64,000 bases of DNA from Candidatus Latescibacterota bacterium (lineage in GTDB: Bacteria > Latescibacterota > UBA2968): positions 672,001-736,000 of the forward strand of contig OZ242010.1 in the NCBI GenBank assembly GCA_965204745.1, in the 5' to 3' direction. The notes beneath the pieces were generated by a model that was not told the DNA's origin, ran no database searches, and saw only the letters and a list, made by a program, of their open reading frames with translations. Of this stretch, positions 23,162 to 40,600 are shown piece after piece. Made by a program: the position numbers and the translations under genes. Each line of letters begins with the position of its first letter. The first letter of the stretch is position 1.

Positions 23162-23656
23162 ATGGATTTGCTGAGTCCAAACCCCGGCTTGATCGTCTGG
23201 ACGCTCATCACCTTTGGGCTCGTGTTGCTCGTTTTGAAAAAATGGGCATGGGGGCCGTTGTTGTCCGCCCTGGATCAGCGAGAAACGCGCATCCGCGAAG
23301 CCCTCGAACAGGCCGATAAAGCGCGCGCCGAAGCCCAACGCGCCGCCGAAGAGAACGAGGCGACCCTCGCACGGGCGCAAGCCGAGGCCCAAGCCGTGAT
23401 CGACAAGGCACGCGAAGACGCCGAGGGAATCGCCCGAGAAGTGCGCGAACGCGCCGAGGCCGATGCCCAACAACTCATCGAGCAGGCGCGGCGCACCATC
23501 GAGCAGGCGCGCAATCAGGCCCTTCAGGAACTGCGTCAGCAAACCGCTGAACTGGCGATTCTCGCGGCCGGGCAATTGCTGGAGGCAAATTTGGACGACG
23601 AGCGCAACCGCAAAATCGCAAACGATTTCATCGACCGCATGCCCTTGCAGAATTGA
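23162..23656 (+). CDS. atpF: Fo subunit b
   Basis: [20 protein letters not shown] anchor followed by coiled coil. Confidence 0.95.
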   Translation: MDLLSPNPGLIVWTLITFGLVLLVLKKWAWGPLLSALDQRETRIREALEQADKARAEAQRAAEENEATLARAQAEAQAVIDKAREDAEGIAREVRERAEADAQQLIEQARRTIEQARNQALQELRQQTAELAILAAGQLLEANLDDERNRKIANDFIDRMPLQN

Positions 23657-23681
23657 ACATCCCCGAGTTCCGGAGTTTGTC

Positions 23682-24222
23682 GTGAGTCAATCCGCCGTTT
23701 CCATCCGATATACCAGCGCGTTGATCGATGCCGCGCAAGATCGCGGCGTGCTCGACCGAGTCGAAGCCGATGTGCAGGCATTGTTGGATTTGTTGCACGC
23801 ATCTGAAGACCTGCGGGCATTCGTCGCAGACCCCATGATGCAAGCCGAACAAAAACGCGCGGTTTTGAACGAGTTGCTCGCCGGGAAAATTGGGGATATC
23901 ACCCTCCGTTTTTTGCTGTTGCTTTGCGACAAACGCCGCGAACGGATGTTGCCCGAGTTGCTCGCAGACTTCCTGTCCGCTCTGGAAGATCGGCGCGGCC
24001 AAGCCACCGCCCAACTCGCGGTTGCCGCGCCCTTGTCTTCCGAGCAGGAAGCGCGATTGATCGCAAAGCTGTCGGCCTATTCCGGCAAGCAGGTGAAATT
24101 GGAAACCACCGTAGATGAACGTCTTGAAAGCCGGGTTTGTCGTGCGGCTCGGCGACCGCGTATTTGATGGCACGCTGGCGACGCAACTCAACCGGTTGCG
24201 ACAGCGTCTGGCGTCTGGATAA
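23682..24222 (+). CDS. atpH: F1 subunit delta, one-base frameshift near 24121-24125
   Basis: RY..AL N-terminus; C-terminal [22 protein letters not shown] lies in the +1 frame ending at TAA 24222. Confidence 0.9.
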
Positions 24223-24239
24223 GAGAAGGTAGGCAGAAC

Positions 24240-25757
<1,518 letters not shown>

Positions 25758-25799
25758 AACCCACCCCATTCAACCTACCCCCGGGGCCGGGCGGCGGGG

Positions 25800-25825
25800 A
25801 CTGACAACTGACAACTGACAACTGA
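25800..25825 (+). repeat. heptamer tandem (ACTGACA) x3.7
   Basis: actgacaactgacaactgacaactga between atpA and atpG. Confidence 0.75.
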
Positions 25826-25835
25826 AGGAACTGAC

Positions 25836-28068
<2,233 letters not shown>

Positions 28069-28105
28069 GGATCGCATTCTAACCGCTGAAAGCCGACTAC
28101 TTAAA

Positions 28106-28510
28106 ATGACGACATTTCACTTGGACATCGTAACGCCCGAAAAAACCGTGTACTCCGGCGAGATCGTGCATTTTCAAGCACCGGGCGTTGACGGCAGTTT
28201 TGGGGTGCTGGCGCGTCACCAACCCCTGCTATCCGCATTGGGCATTGGCCGGGTTGGCTTCCGAGAAGCCGATGGCACCGAGCGCGTGCTCGCATTGGGC
28301 GGTGGATTTGCCGATGTGTCAACCGATGGCGCGACCATCTTGGCCGAAGCCGCCGAGTTTGGCGATGCGATAGACGTAGAACGCGCCCGCGCCGCCCGAG
28401 ATCGCGCCCAAAACCACCTGAACAACCGCACGCCAGAGGTCGATGCGGACCGCGCACGCGCCGCGCTGACACGCGCATTGTGGCGGCTACGGGTCTCAGG
28501 GGCCGAATGA
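28106..28510 (+). CDS. atpC: F1 subunit epsilon
   Basis: LDIVTPE, G.FGVLARHQP, GGFADV, ILAE.AE. Confidence 0.96.
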   Translation: MTTFHLDIVTPEKTVYSGEIVHFQAPGVDGSFGVLARHQPLLSALGIGRVGFREADGTERVLALGGGFADVSTDGATILAEAAEFGDAIDVERARAARDRAQNHLNNRTPEVDADRARAALTRALWRLRVSGAE

Positions 28511-28583
28511 GATAACACGGACAATGGAACTATCGAGACAGAATTGCGGTTGATCCACAAATTCATTTTCAACTTCAGAGACC

Positions 28584-28618
28584 AAAAAAAACGCGACCAC
28601 AAAGGCCGCGTTTTTTTT
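28584..28618. terminator. bidirectional intrinsic terminator
   Basis: A8-CGCG..CGCG-T8 between the atp operon and the giant gene. Confidence 0.85.
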
Positions 28619-28636
28619 AGTTCGCGTGTCGCGTCC

Positions 28637-31600
28637 CTAAAAGTTCAAATGACCTTGTAGCATCACCCCGTGAGTTGCCTCATCGCTGGCCGCATGGCGC
28701 ATCCCCTCCAGACTCACATTCCCCAACCCACCGATCTCCATCCGACCGCCAAAGCGATAGCCCCGCGTGCCATCCTGTGAAAATCTGAAGCCACTATAAG
28801 GCGTGAGCAACCCAGCGAAAATCGGCACCGTGTATCCGACCTCCGTATCCATCTGCATCGTCGGCGCGAAGCCGGTCACTCCCGTACCCACCACGCCTTG
28901 CTCCCACAACTGCGCGATGCCACTGCCCATCTCGCCATAAGACGGTTGCAATCGGAACGACAGCCCGCGACCATTGTCTTTTGGCGCAAACTGCACGGAA
29001 AGACCCGCGCTCCACTCCTTCGTATCCCCCGCATGGACGAGCAAAATTCGGCTCGTCGCCTCCACCGTCAACCGCACAGCCACATATTGCAACCCACCGC
29101 CGAGTTCAACGCCTGCGCCGGTCTGTCCATCGCCGCCATCCATCCGCATGCCGAGTTCCATCGACGGCGTCAGCGACGCGCCCGAGGCAAACCCAAAAGT
29201 ATGCGCCCCCTCGCCCGCCAAGCGCAAGCGTTGGGTCGTTGCGGCCACGCCTTCGATCCCATCGCCATTGTCATCAACCGCCAGCCGCGTCACCCACGCC
29301 TCGCCCTTCAAATCGAACGTCGAGGGCAGGCCAAACAGACGCACGCGCCCACCCGCCGCTGCGGTCCTCAGATTGCTGTCGCTCGCCTGTGACCCGGCGG
29401 TTTCGTCATCTATCGCAATCTCGCCCTGGCCATAGCCAACCGTTGCCCACAGGTTTGCCCCCTTCTGCGAAGACCAGCCCAAATAGGGATGGGCACTCAC
29501 CATGCGGCTCTCGTGCGTTCCAGCTATGGCCTCGCCATACCCCCGATCCGTGTACCCAACCGATCCGTCAAACCATGACCCTGCAAGCCCGGCGATCAAG
29601 CCATTGCCAAAACGCATGTCTGCGCCTAAATGCACGCCGAAAAGATCGCCATCCCATGAAATAGGCGCGTCACTGCTGAGGCTCAGGCTTCGAAAATCGC
29701 TCGCGCCCCACAGCGCGACACCTCCGCCTTGCCCGGCATTGGGCGTGCTCGCGTGGTTATGGGAAAGCGGGATGGCAAAGGACGAACCCCCGAGCATCTC
29801 CTGCAAGGACCATAGACCTTCTTGGATCGCGTACTCACTCGCCATCACCTTGTTGGCAAGTGACATGAGGGTCGCTTCGGCGTTCACGTTTCCCGGCGAA
29901 AAGCCTTCCTGATCGAGGCGCCCGGTCAGCGCGTCGAGGCTACTCGTCCGCATTGCGCGTGCGAGTTCGGGCAAAATCGCCTCGTTGATCGCCTTGAGCC
30001 GCACCCGATCTGACACCTCAATCGCAATGGTAAAGTTCAGTTCCGCCATATCGCCATCCGCATCTGTCACCGCCCACTTGTAAGCGACCTCGGTCATCGG
30101 CGTGGTCGGCACACCGGAAAGCACCCGCGTCGCCGGATCAAACGTCAACCCAGCCGGCGGGGAGGGCGTCAACGAGTAGGTCAGAATACCATCGCCCCCG
30201 GTCGCCTCGGGCAATGTGAGCGGCACAATCTCCCGACCTGCGCGGTAATGCTGAGGGGCTATTGTCTCTGTGAACACCGGCACCAAATCCGCCGCCACCT
30301 CAACCGTAAAGACCAAAACCGCCGTATCCCCATCCGCATCTGTCACAGTCCAAACACACTCCGTCTCATCTATCGCCTCAATCGGTGTGCCGGAAAGCAG
30401 GCGCGTCACAGGATCAAACGTCAAGCCGGGCGAAGGAGCAGGCCTCAACGTGTACGTTAGCGGGGCATCCCCACCAGACGCCAAGGGCAACCTGACAGGC
30501 TCAATCGCTTGGTTCTCAACGAACCGCTGTGCCGCCACCGTATCCGTGAACACAGGCACCAAATCCGCCTCAACCTCAACCGTGAAGACCAAAACCGCCG
30601 TATCGCCATCCGCATCTGTCGCAGTCCAAACACACTCCGTCTCATCTATCGCCTCCGTCGGTGTGCCGGAAAGCAGGCGCGTCACAGGATCAAACGTCAA
30701 GCCGGGCGAAGGATCAGGCGTCAGTGCATAGGTCAACACACCATCCCCACCCACGGCCTTGGGCAACCTGACGGGAGATATCGCTTGGTTCTCAACGAAC
30801 TGCTGTGCCGTCACCGTATCCGTGAACACGGGCACCAAATCTGCTTCAACCTCAACCGTGAAGACCAAAACCGCCGTATCCCCATCCGCATCTGTCACAG
30901 TCCAGATACATTCCGTCTCATCTATCGCCTCAATCGGCGTGCCGGAAAGCAAGCGCGTCACAGGATCAAACGTCAAGCCGGGCGAAGGATCAGGCGTCAG
31001 CGTGTACGTTAGTGGGGCATCCCCACCAGACGCCAAGGGCAACCTGACAGGCTTAATCGCTTGGTTCTCAACGAACCGCTGTGCCGCCACCGTATCCGTG
31101 AACACCGGCACCAAATCTGCCGCTACCTCAACCGTGAAGACCAAAACCGCCGTATCCCCATCCGCATCTGTCGCAGTCCAAACACACTCCGTCTCATCTA
31201 TCGCCTCCGTCGGTGTGCCGGAAAGCAGGCGCGTCGCCGGGTCAAACGTCAAGCCGGGCGAAGGATCAGGCGTCAATGTGTACGTTAGCGGGACATCCCC
31301 ACCAGACGCCAAGGGCAACCTGACAGGCTTAATCGCTTGGTTCTCAACGAACCGCTGTGCCGCCACCGTATCCGTGAACACCGGCACCAAATCTGCCTCA
31401 ACCTCAACCGTGAAGACCAAAACCGCTGTATCCCCATCCGCATCTGTCACAGTCCAAACACACTCCGTCTCATCTATCGCCTTAATCGGTGTGCCAGAAA
31501 GCAGGCGCGTCGTAGGATCAAACGTCAAGCCGGGCGAAGGATCAGGCGTCAGTGCATAGGTCAACACACCATCCCCACCCACAGCCTTGGGCAACCTGAC

Positions 31601-34600
31601 CGGAGATATCGCTTGGTTCTCAACGAACTGCTGTGCCGCCACCGTATCCGTGAACACCGGCACCAAATCTGCCTCAACCTCAACCGTGAAGACCAAAACC
31701 GCCGTATCGCCATCCGCATCTGTCACAGTCCAAACACACTCCGTCTCATCTATCGCCTCAATCGGTGTGCCGGAAAGCAGGCGCGTCACAGGATCAAACG
31801 TCAAGCCGGGCGAAGGAGCAGGCCTCAACGTGTACGTTAGCGGGGCATCCCCACCAGACGCCAAGGGCAACCTGACAGGCTTAATCGCTTGGTTCTCAAC
31901 GAACCGCTGTGCCGCTACCGTCTCTGTGAACACCGGCACCAAATCCGGCTTCACCACCTCAACCGTGAACATCAGTTTCGCCATGTCGCCATCCGCGTCC
32001 ATTGCCGACAGCGTGTACAGGATTGCATCCGCTTTTTCGCTCGGTGTGCCGGAAAGCAGGCGCGTCACAGGATCAAACGTCAAGCCGGGCGAAGGATCAG
32101 GCGTCAGTGCATAGGTCAACACACCATCCCCACCCACGGCCTTGGGCAACCTGACGGGAGATATCGCTTGGTTCTCAACGAACTGCTGTGCCGTCACCGC
32201 ACCAAATCGCCTCAATCCGTGAACACGGGCACCAAATCTGCTTCAACCTCAACCGTGAAGACCAAAACCGCCGTATCCCCATCCGCATCTGTCACAGTCC
32301 AGATACATTCCGTCTCATCTATCGCCTCAATCGGCGTGCCGGAAAGCAAGCGCGTCAACACACCATCCCCACCCACAGCCTTGGGGACCTGACCGGAGAT
32401 ATCACGAACTGCTGTGCCGATCAAACGTCAAGCCGGGCGAAGGATCAGGCGTCAGCGTGTACGTTAGTGGGGCATCCCCACCAGACGCCAAGGGCAACCT
32501 GACAGGCTTAATCGCTTGGTTCTCAACGAACCGCTGTGCCGCCACCGTATCCGTGAACACCGGCACCAAATCTGCCGCTACCTCAACCGTGAAGATCCGC
32601 TTTTTCGCTCGGTGTGCCGGAAAGCAGGCGCGTCACAGGATCAAACGTCAAGCCAAGTGCATAGGTCAACCGCCGTATCCCCATCCGCATCTGTCGCAGT
32701 CCAAACACACTCCGTCTCATCTATCGCCTCCGTCGGTGTGCCGGAAAGCAGGCGCGTCGCCGGGTCAAACGTCAAGCCGGGCGAAGGATCAGGCGTCAAT
32801 GTGTACGTTAGCGGGACATCCCCACCAGACGCCAAGGGCAACCTGACAGGCTTAATCGCTTGGTTCTCAACGAACCGCTGTGCCGCCACCGTATCCGTGA
32901 ACACCGGCACCAAATCTGCCTCAACCTCAACCGTGAAGACCAAAACCGCTGTATCCCCATCCGCATCTGTCACAGTCCAAACACACTCCGTCTCATCTAT
33001 CGCCTTAATCGGTGTGCCAGAAAGCAGGCGCGTCGTAGGATCAAACGTCAAGCCGGGCGAAGGATCAGGCGTCAGTGCATAGGTCAACACACCATCCCCA
33101 CCCACAGCCTTGGGCAACCTGACCGGAGATATCGCTTGGTTCTCAACGAACTGCTGTGCCGCCACCGTATCCGTGAACACCGGCACCAAATCTGCCTCAA
33201 CCTCAACCGTGAAGACCAAAACCGCCGTATCGCCATCCGCATCTGTCACAGTCCAAACACACTCCGTCTCATCTATCGCCTCAATCGGTGTGCCGGAAAG
33301 CAGGCGCGTCACAGGATCAAACGTCAAGCCGGGCGAAGGAGCAGGCCTCAACGTGTACGTTAGCGGGGCATCCCCACCAGACGCCAAGGGCAACCTGACA
33401 GGCTTAATCGCTTGGTTCTCAACGAACCGCTGTGCCGCTACCGTCTCTGTGAACACCGGCACCAAATCCGGCTTCACCACCTCAACCGTGAACATCAGTT
33501 TCGCCATGTCGCCATCCGCGTCCATTGCCGACAGCGTGTACAGGATTGCATCCGCTTTTTCGCTCGGTGTGCCGGAAAGCAGGCGCGTCACAGGATCAAA
33601 CGTCAAGCCGGGCGAAGGATCAGGCGTCAGTGCATAGGTCAACACACCATCCCCACCCACAGCCTTGGGCAACCTGACCGGAGATATCGCTTGGTTCTCA
33701 ACGAACCGCTGTGCCGCCACCGTATCCGTGAACACAGGCACCAAATCCGCCTCAACCTCAACCGTGAAGACCAAAACCGCCGTATCCCCATCCGCATCTG
33801 TCGCAGTCCAAACACATTCCGTCTCATCTATCGCCTCCGTCGGTGTGCCGGAAAGCAGGCGCGTCGCCGGGTCAAACGTCAAGCCGGGCGAAGGATCAGG
33901 CGTCAATGTGTACGTTAGTGGGGCATCCCCACCAGACGCCAAGGGCAACCTGACAGGCTTAATCGCTTGGTTCTCAACGAACCGCTGTGCCGCCACCGTA
34001 TCCGTGAATACTGGCACCAAATCCGCCTCAACCTCAACCGTGAAGACCAAAACCGCTGTATCCCCATCCGCATCTGTCACAGTCCAAACACACTCCGTCT
34101 CATCTATCGCCTTAATCGGTGTGCCAGAAAGCAGGCGCGTCGTAGGATCAAACGTCAAGCCGGGCGAAGGATCAGGCGCCAATGTGTACGTTAGTGGGGC
34201 ATCCCCACCAGACGCCAAGGGCAACCTGACAGGCTTAATCGCTTGGTTCTCAACGAACCGCTGTGCCGCTACCGTCTCTGTGAACACCGGCACCAAATCC
34301 GGCTTCACCACCTCAACCGTGAACATCAGTTTCGCCATGTCGCCATCCGCGTCCATTGCCGACAGCGTGTACAGGGTTACATCCGCTTTTTCGCTCGGTG
34401 TGCCAGAAAGCACCCGCGTCGCAGGATTGAAACTCAGCCCCTCCGGCAACCGCGGCATCAGAACATAAGTCAACACACCATCGCCACTGGTCGCCTCGGG
34501 CAACGTCAGCGCGTCAATTTTCACATTCTGCACGTAGTTCTGCGCGGACACGCTATCCGTGAACACGGGCACCAAATCTGGGATAACCTCTATCGTGAAC

Positions 34601-37600
34601 CGCACCATAGCCGTATCGCCATCTTCATCCGTCGCGGTCCACAGATATTCGGTCGTGTGCATCGCCTTGGTCGGCGTACCCGAAATCGTGCGCGGACCTT
34701 CGTCGAAATCCAAACCCGCAGGCAACGCAGGCGCCAACTCGTAGGTCAGCACACCATCGCCACCGGTTGCCTCGGGCAATGTCAGCGCGTCAATTTTCGC
34801 ATTCTGTACATAGTGTTGCGCGGACACGCTATCCGCAAACGACGGCAACAGATCTTCGTCCACCACAACGAAGAAACTCACGCTCGCCTCGTCCCCATCC
34901 TCATCTGTCGCGGTCAGGGTGTAGCGCGTCTTGGCCTGTGGCTCGGGCGGCGTGCCAGCCATGATACCGCCATGATCGTCCCCTTCCACAGGGGGCGTAT
35001 AAGTCAGCCCGGCAGGCGGGATCAGCGCGTAAGTCAACGCGCCATCCCCACCGGTCGCGGGTGGGAAGACCAACGGCGTGATGGGTGTGCCTTGCCGATA
35101 GCGTTGAAAATCCACCGCATCCGTGAATGTCGGCACCAAATTGGGCGGCACTTCCTCTGTCAAAACCACAGTTTGCAAAATCGCCGCAGTTTTGGCCTTC
35201 GGCCCTGCACCGGCCGCGTTCACCGCTCGCACATAGAACATGTACTCTATGTTATTTGCCAACCCGGGTAGCGTGTGCTCAGTGGTCGTTGCGTCGCTAC
35301 CCGTTATCGTTGCCCAAGCGACAGCGAGAATGTCTTCGTCCTCATGCGCGTACCGAACCTCATAGCGCGTGATGGTGGGGTTATTGGGATTAGCCCACAT
35401 GAGGGTCGCTTGCTCGCTGCCAGCGACTGCCCGCAAGTTGGCAGGCGGATCAGGGACCGCAAATCTCACCGTGATGCTGAACGTCAAGTCCGCCGTATCG
35501 CCATCGATATCCGTCGCGGTCAGCGCGTACGTGGTCTTGGATTTCGTCTCTGTCGGCGTTCCAGAAATCACCCGCGTCGTCCCGCTGAAAGAGAGTCCAT
35601 TCGGCAAAGTCGGCGCTAGTGTGTACGTCAGATCACCATCGCCGCCACTGGCTGCCGGCAAAGTGACCGGGGTGATCGTCTTGTACAGGAGATAATGCTG
35701 GTCATCATAGGTATTTGGGCTAAAAATCGGCGTCAGACCGACCTGTCCTCCTCTGGGAATTGATACCACTTCGATTGTGAATGTCAGCGCGGCTTGGGCG
35801 TTGCTTGTGTCTGTCGCTGTCCATGTGTACGTCGTCTTGTCCAAGGCCACACTCGGCGCACCGCTGACCCGGTGTGCGGCGTCCTTGGTTACCCCATCGG
35901 GCCAGGCAGGAGCAATGTCGTAGCTCAAAGTGCCGGTACCACCGATCGCAGTCGGCAAAGTGAACGCCGTGATCGTCTCGTTCTTCGTCCAAGACTGGTT
36001 ATCTATCGCCGAACCAAACGACAGCTGACGTCCCCAAAATGATCCCCCTTCAGGGTTCTCGACGCGTTGTGGTCCAACCTGGATCGTGAACTTCAGTGTC
36101 GCCGTGTCGTTATCTGCGTCCGTCGCAGTCCATGTGTACGTCGTCTCGCTCATCAACCGGGTCGGCACACCGCTGACCCGGTGTGCGGCGTCCTTGGTTA
36201 CCCCATCGGGCCAGGCAGGAGTAATGCTGTAGGACAAACTGACATCACCACCGGTCGCAGTCGGCAAAGTGAACGCCGTGATTGTATCGTTCTGCGTCCA
36301 AGACTGGTCATCTATCGTCGCCGAACCAAACGACGGCACCCCATCCACCACAATGGTGAACGTCAATTCCGCCTTGTCCCCATCCGTTTCCGTCGCTGTC
36401 CATGTGTACGTCGTCTTGCCCAAGGCCACACTCGGCGCCCCGCTGACGCGATGATTGGCGGCCTTGGACACGCCATTCGGCAGATTAGGCGATAGGGTAT
36501 GGATCGCGGTGCCATCGCCACCACTGGCCGTAGGCAAGGTGAACGCCGTGATCGCCTGGTTCTGCGTCCAAGCCTGATCGTTCACCGTTGTCGAGAAAGA
36601 CGGAGCCTCGTCGTCATCGCGGATGGTCAGGGTTACATCAGAGGGATCGGTTATGCCTTGAGTGTTACTCACCGAACCCGAAACAGTCACTGACTTATCC
36701 GCCGAATCCTTCGTATTGTCCACCGCTGAGATCGTCACGGTGCCACTACTCGTCGTCTGACTGGTCGCTATCGTCAGCGTTGTCGCATTGGACAGCGTGA
36801 AATCGCCAGCCACCGCATGCGTGCCAGCCGTTGCCGATACCGTGATAGTTGTCACCGCGCTTGATGCGCCGCTCAACTTTGCGGTCACTGTCGCCACTCC
36901 GCCATCCTCTGAAATCGACGCGGGCGACAGAATTAGAGATACCGTCGGTGTACCCTCATCATCGGTAATCGTCAGCGTCGCGTTAGATGGGTCAGACACA
37001 CCAAGACCACCGCTCGCTGAACCCGAGACCGTCACGCTCTTGCTCGGCTCATCTTGATTGTTGTTCACCGCCGTAATCGTCACGGTGCCACTACTCGTCG
37101 TCTGACCGGCCGCGATAGTCAGTGTCTTGTCCGCGCTCAGCGTAAAATCGCCTGCTACCGCATTCGTGCCAGCCGTTGCGGTTACGGTGATCGTCGTGAC
37201 CGCGCTCGACGCCCGAGAGAGCGTAGCTGTCACCGTCGTCACGCCGCCATCCTCTGAAATCGACGAGGGCGACAGAACCAAAGATACCGTCGGTGTACCC
37301 TCATCATCGGTAATCGTCAGCGTCGCGTCAGACGGGTCAGACACACCAAGACCACCACTCGCTGAACCCGAGACCGTCACGCTCTTGTTCGGCTCATCTT
37401 TGTTGTTGTTCACCGCCGTAATCGTCACGGTGCCACTACTCGTCGTCTGACCTGCCGCGATGGTCAATGTCTTGTCCGTGCTCAGCGTGAAATCGCCTGC
37501 TACCGCATTCGTGCCAGCCGTTGCCGATACCGTGATGGTCGTCGCCGCACTCGATACGCCGCTTAACTTTGCGGTCACTGTCGTCACGCCGCCATCCTCT

Positions 37601-40600
37601 GAAATCGACGAGGGCGACAAAACCAAAGATACCGTCGGCGCACCCTCATCATCGGTAATTGTCAGCGTCACGTTAGACGGGTCAGCCACACCGAGACCGC
37701 CACTCGCTGAACCCGAGACCGTTACACTTTTGTTCGGCTCATCCTTATTGTTGTTCACCGCCGTAATCGTCACGGTGCCACTACTAGTCGTCTGACCGGC
37801 CGCGATAGTCAGCGTCTTGTCCGTGCTCAGCGTGAAATCGCCAGCCACCGCATGCGTGCTTGCCGTTGCCGATACCGTGATCGTCGTCGCCGCGCTCGAT
37901 GTGCCGCTCAACTTTGCGGTCACCGTCGCCACACCGCCATCCTCTGAAATCGACGAGGGCGACAGAACCAAAGATACCGTCGGCGCACCCTCATCATCGG
38001 TAATCGTCAGCGTCTCGTCAGAGAGGCCGGACACACCAAGACCACCGCTCGCTGAACCCGATATGGTCACGCTCTTGTTCGGCCCATCTTGATTGTTGTT
38101 CACCGCCGTAATCGTCACGGTGCCACTACTCGTCGTCTGACCCGCCGCTATTGTCAGCGTTGTCGTATTGGACAACGTGAAATCGCCTGCTACCGCATTC
38201 GTGCTTGCCGAAGCAGAAACCGTGATCGTTGTCGCCGCGCTCGACGCGCCGCTCAACTTTGCGGTCACCGTCGTCACGCCGCCATCCTCTGAAATCGATG
38301 TTGGTGACAAAGTCAGAGATACCGTCGGTGTACCCTCATCATCGGTAATCGTCAGCGTCGCGTTAGACGGGTCAGACACACCGAGACCACCGCTCGCTGA
38401 ACCAGATACCGTCACGCTCTTGTTCGGCTCATCTTTGTCGTTGTTCACCGCCGTAATCGTCACGGTACCACTACTCGTCGTCTGACCGGCCGCGATGGTC
38501 AGCGTCTTGTCCGTGCTCAGCGTGAAATCGCCAGCCGCCGCATTCGTGCCTGCCGTTGCCGATACCGTGACCGTTGTCGCCGCGCTCGATGCACCACTCA
38601 ACTTTGCGGTCACTGTCGCCACGCCGCCGTCCTCTGAAATTGACGAGGACGACAGAACCAAAGATACCGTCGGCAACCCCTCATCATCGGTAATCGTTAG
38701 CGTCGCGTCTGACGGGTCAGCCACACCAAGACCGCCACTCGCTGAACCAGACACGGTCACGCTCTTGTTCGGCTCATCCTTATTGTTGTCGTTAGCCGTA
38801 ATCGTCACGGTACCACTACTCGTCGTCTCTCCCGCCGCGATAGTCAGCGTCTTGTCCGTGCTCAGCGTGAAATCGCCATCTGCCGCATTCGTGCCAGCCG
38901 AAGCAGAAACCGTGATCGTTGTCGCCGCACTCGATACGCCGCTTAACTTTGCGGTCACCGTCGTCACGCCGCCATCCTCTGAAATCGACGTTGGTGACAG
39001 AATTAGAGATACCGTCGGCGCACCCTCATCATCGGTAATCGTCAGCGTCGCGTTAGATGGGTCAGCTACACCGAGACCGCCACTCGCTGAACCCGAGACC
39101 GTCACACTCTTGTTCGGCTCATCCCTGTCATTGTTCACCGCTACAATCGTTACCGTCCCGGTGCTCGTCGTCTGACCGGCCGCGATAGTCAGCGTCTTGT
39201 CCGTGCTCAATGTGAAATCGCCTGCTACCGCATTCGTGCCAGCCGTTGCGGATACCGTGATGGTCGTTGCCGCACTCGATGCGCCGCTCAACTTTGCGGT
39301 CACCGTCGTCACACCGCCATCCTCTGAAATTGACGAGGGCGATAAAATTAGAGATACCGTCGGCAACCCCTCATCATCGGTAATCGTCAGCGTCGCGTTA
39401 GACGGGTCAGACACACCAAGACCACCGCTCGCTGAACCCGAGACCGTCACACTCTTGTTCGGCTCATCTTGATTGTTGTTCACCGCCGTAATCGTCACGG
39501 TGCCACTACTCGTCGTTGATCCCGCCGCGATAGTCAGCGTCTTGTCCGTGCTCAACGTAAAATCGCCAGCCACCGCATTCGTGCTTGCCGTTGCCGATAC
39601 CGTGATGGTCGTTGCCGCGCTCGATACGCCGCTCAACTTCGCGGTCACTGTCGCCACGCCGCCGTCCTCTGAAATCGACGAGGGCGACAGAACCAAAGAT
39701 ACCGTCGGCAGACCCTCGTCATCGGTAATCGTCAGCGTCGCGTCAGAGGGGGCGGACACACCAAGACCACCACTCGCTGAACCAGACACGGTCACACTCT
39801 TGTTCGGCTCATCTTGATTGTTGTTCACCGCCGTAATCGTCACGGTGCCACTACTCGTCGTTGATCCCGCCGCGATGGTCAGCGTTGTCGTATTGGACAG
39901 CGTAAAATTGCCATCCGCCGCATTCGTGCTTGCCGAAGCAGAAACCGTGATCGTTGTCGCCGCGCTCGATACGCCGCTCAACTTTGCGGTCACTGTCGTC
40001 ACGCCGCCATCCTCTGAAATCGACGAAGGCGACAGAACCAAAGATACCGTCGGTGTACCCTCATCATCGGTAATCGTCAGCGTCGCGTCAGACGGGTCAG
40101 ACACACCAAGACCACCACTCGCTGAACCCGAGACCGTCACGCTCTTGTTCGGCTCATCTTTGTTGTTGTTCACCGCCGTAATCGTCACGGTGCCACTACT
40201 CGTCGTCTGACCTGCCGCGATGGTCAATGTCTTGTCCGTGCTCAGCGTGAAATCGCCTGCTACCGCATTCGTGCCAGCCGTTGCCGATACCGTGATGGTC
40301 GTCGCCGCACTCGATACGCCGCTTAACTTTGCGGTCACTGTCGTCACGCCGCCATCCTCTGAAATCGACGCGGGCGACAAAATTAGAGATACCGTCGGCG
40401 CACCCTCATCATCGGTAATCGTCAGCGTCATGTTAGACGGGTCAGACACACCGAGACCACCACTCGCTGAACCAGACACGGTCACACTTTTGTTCGGCTC
40501 ATCTTGATTGTTGTTCACTGCCGTAATCGTCACTGTCCCACTACTCGTTGTCTGCCCCGCCGCGATAGTCAGCGTTGTCGTATTGGACAATGTGAAATCG

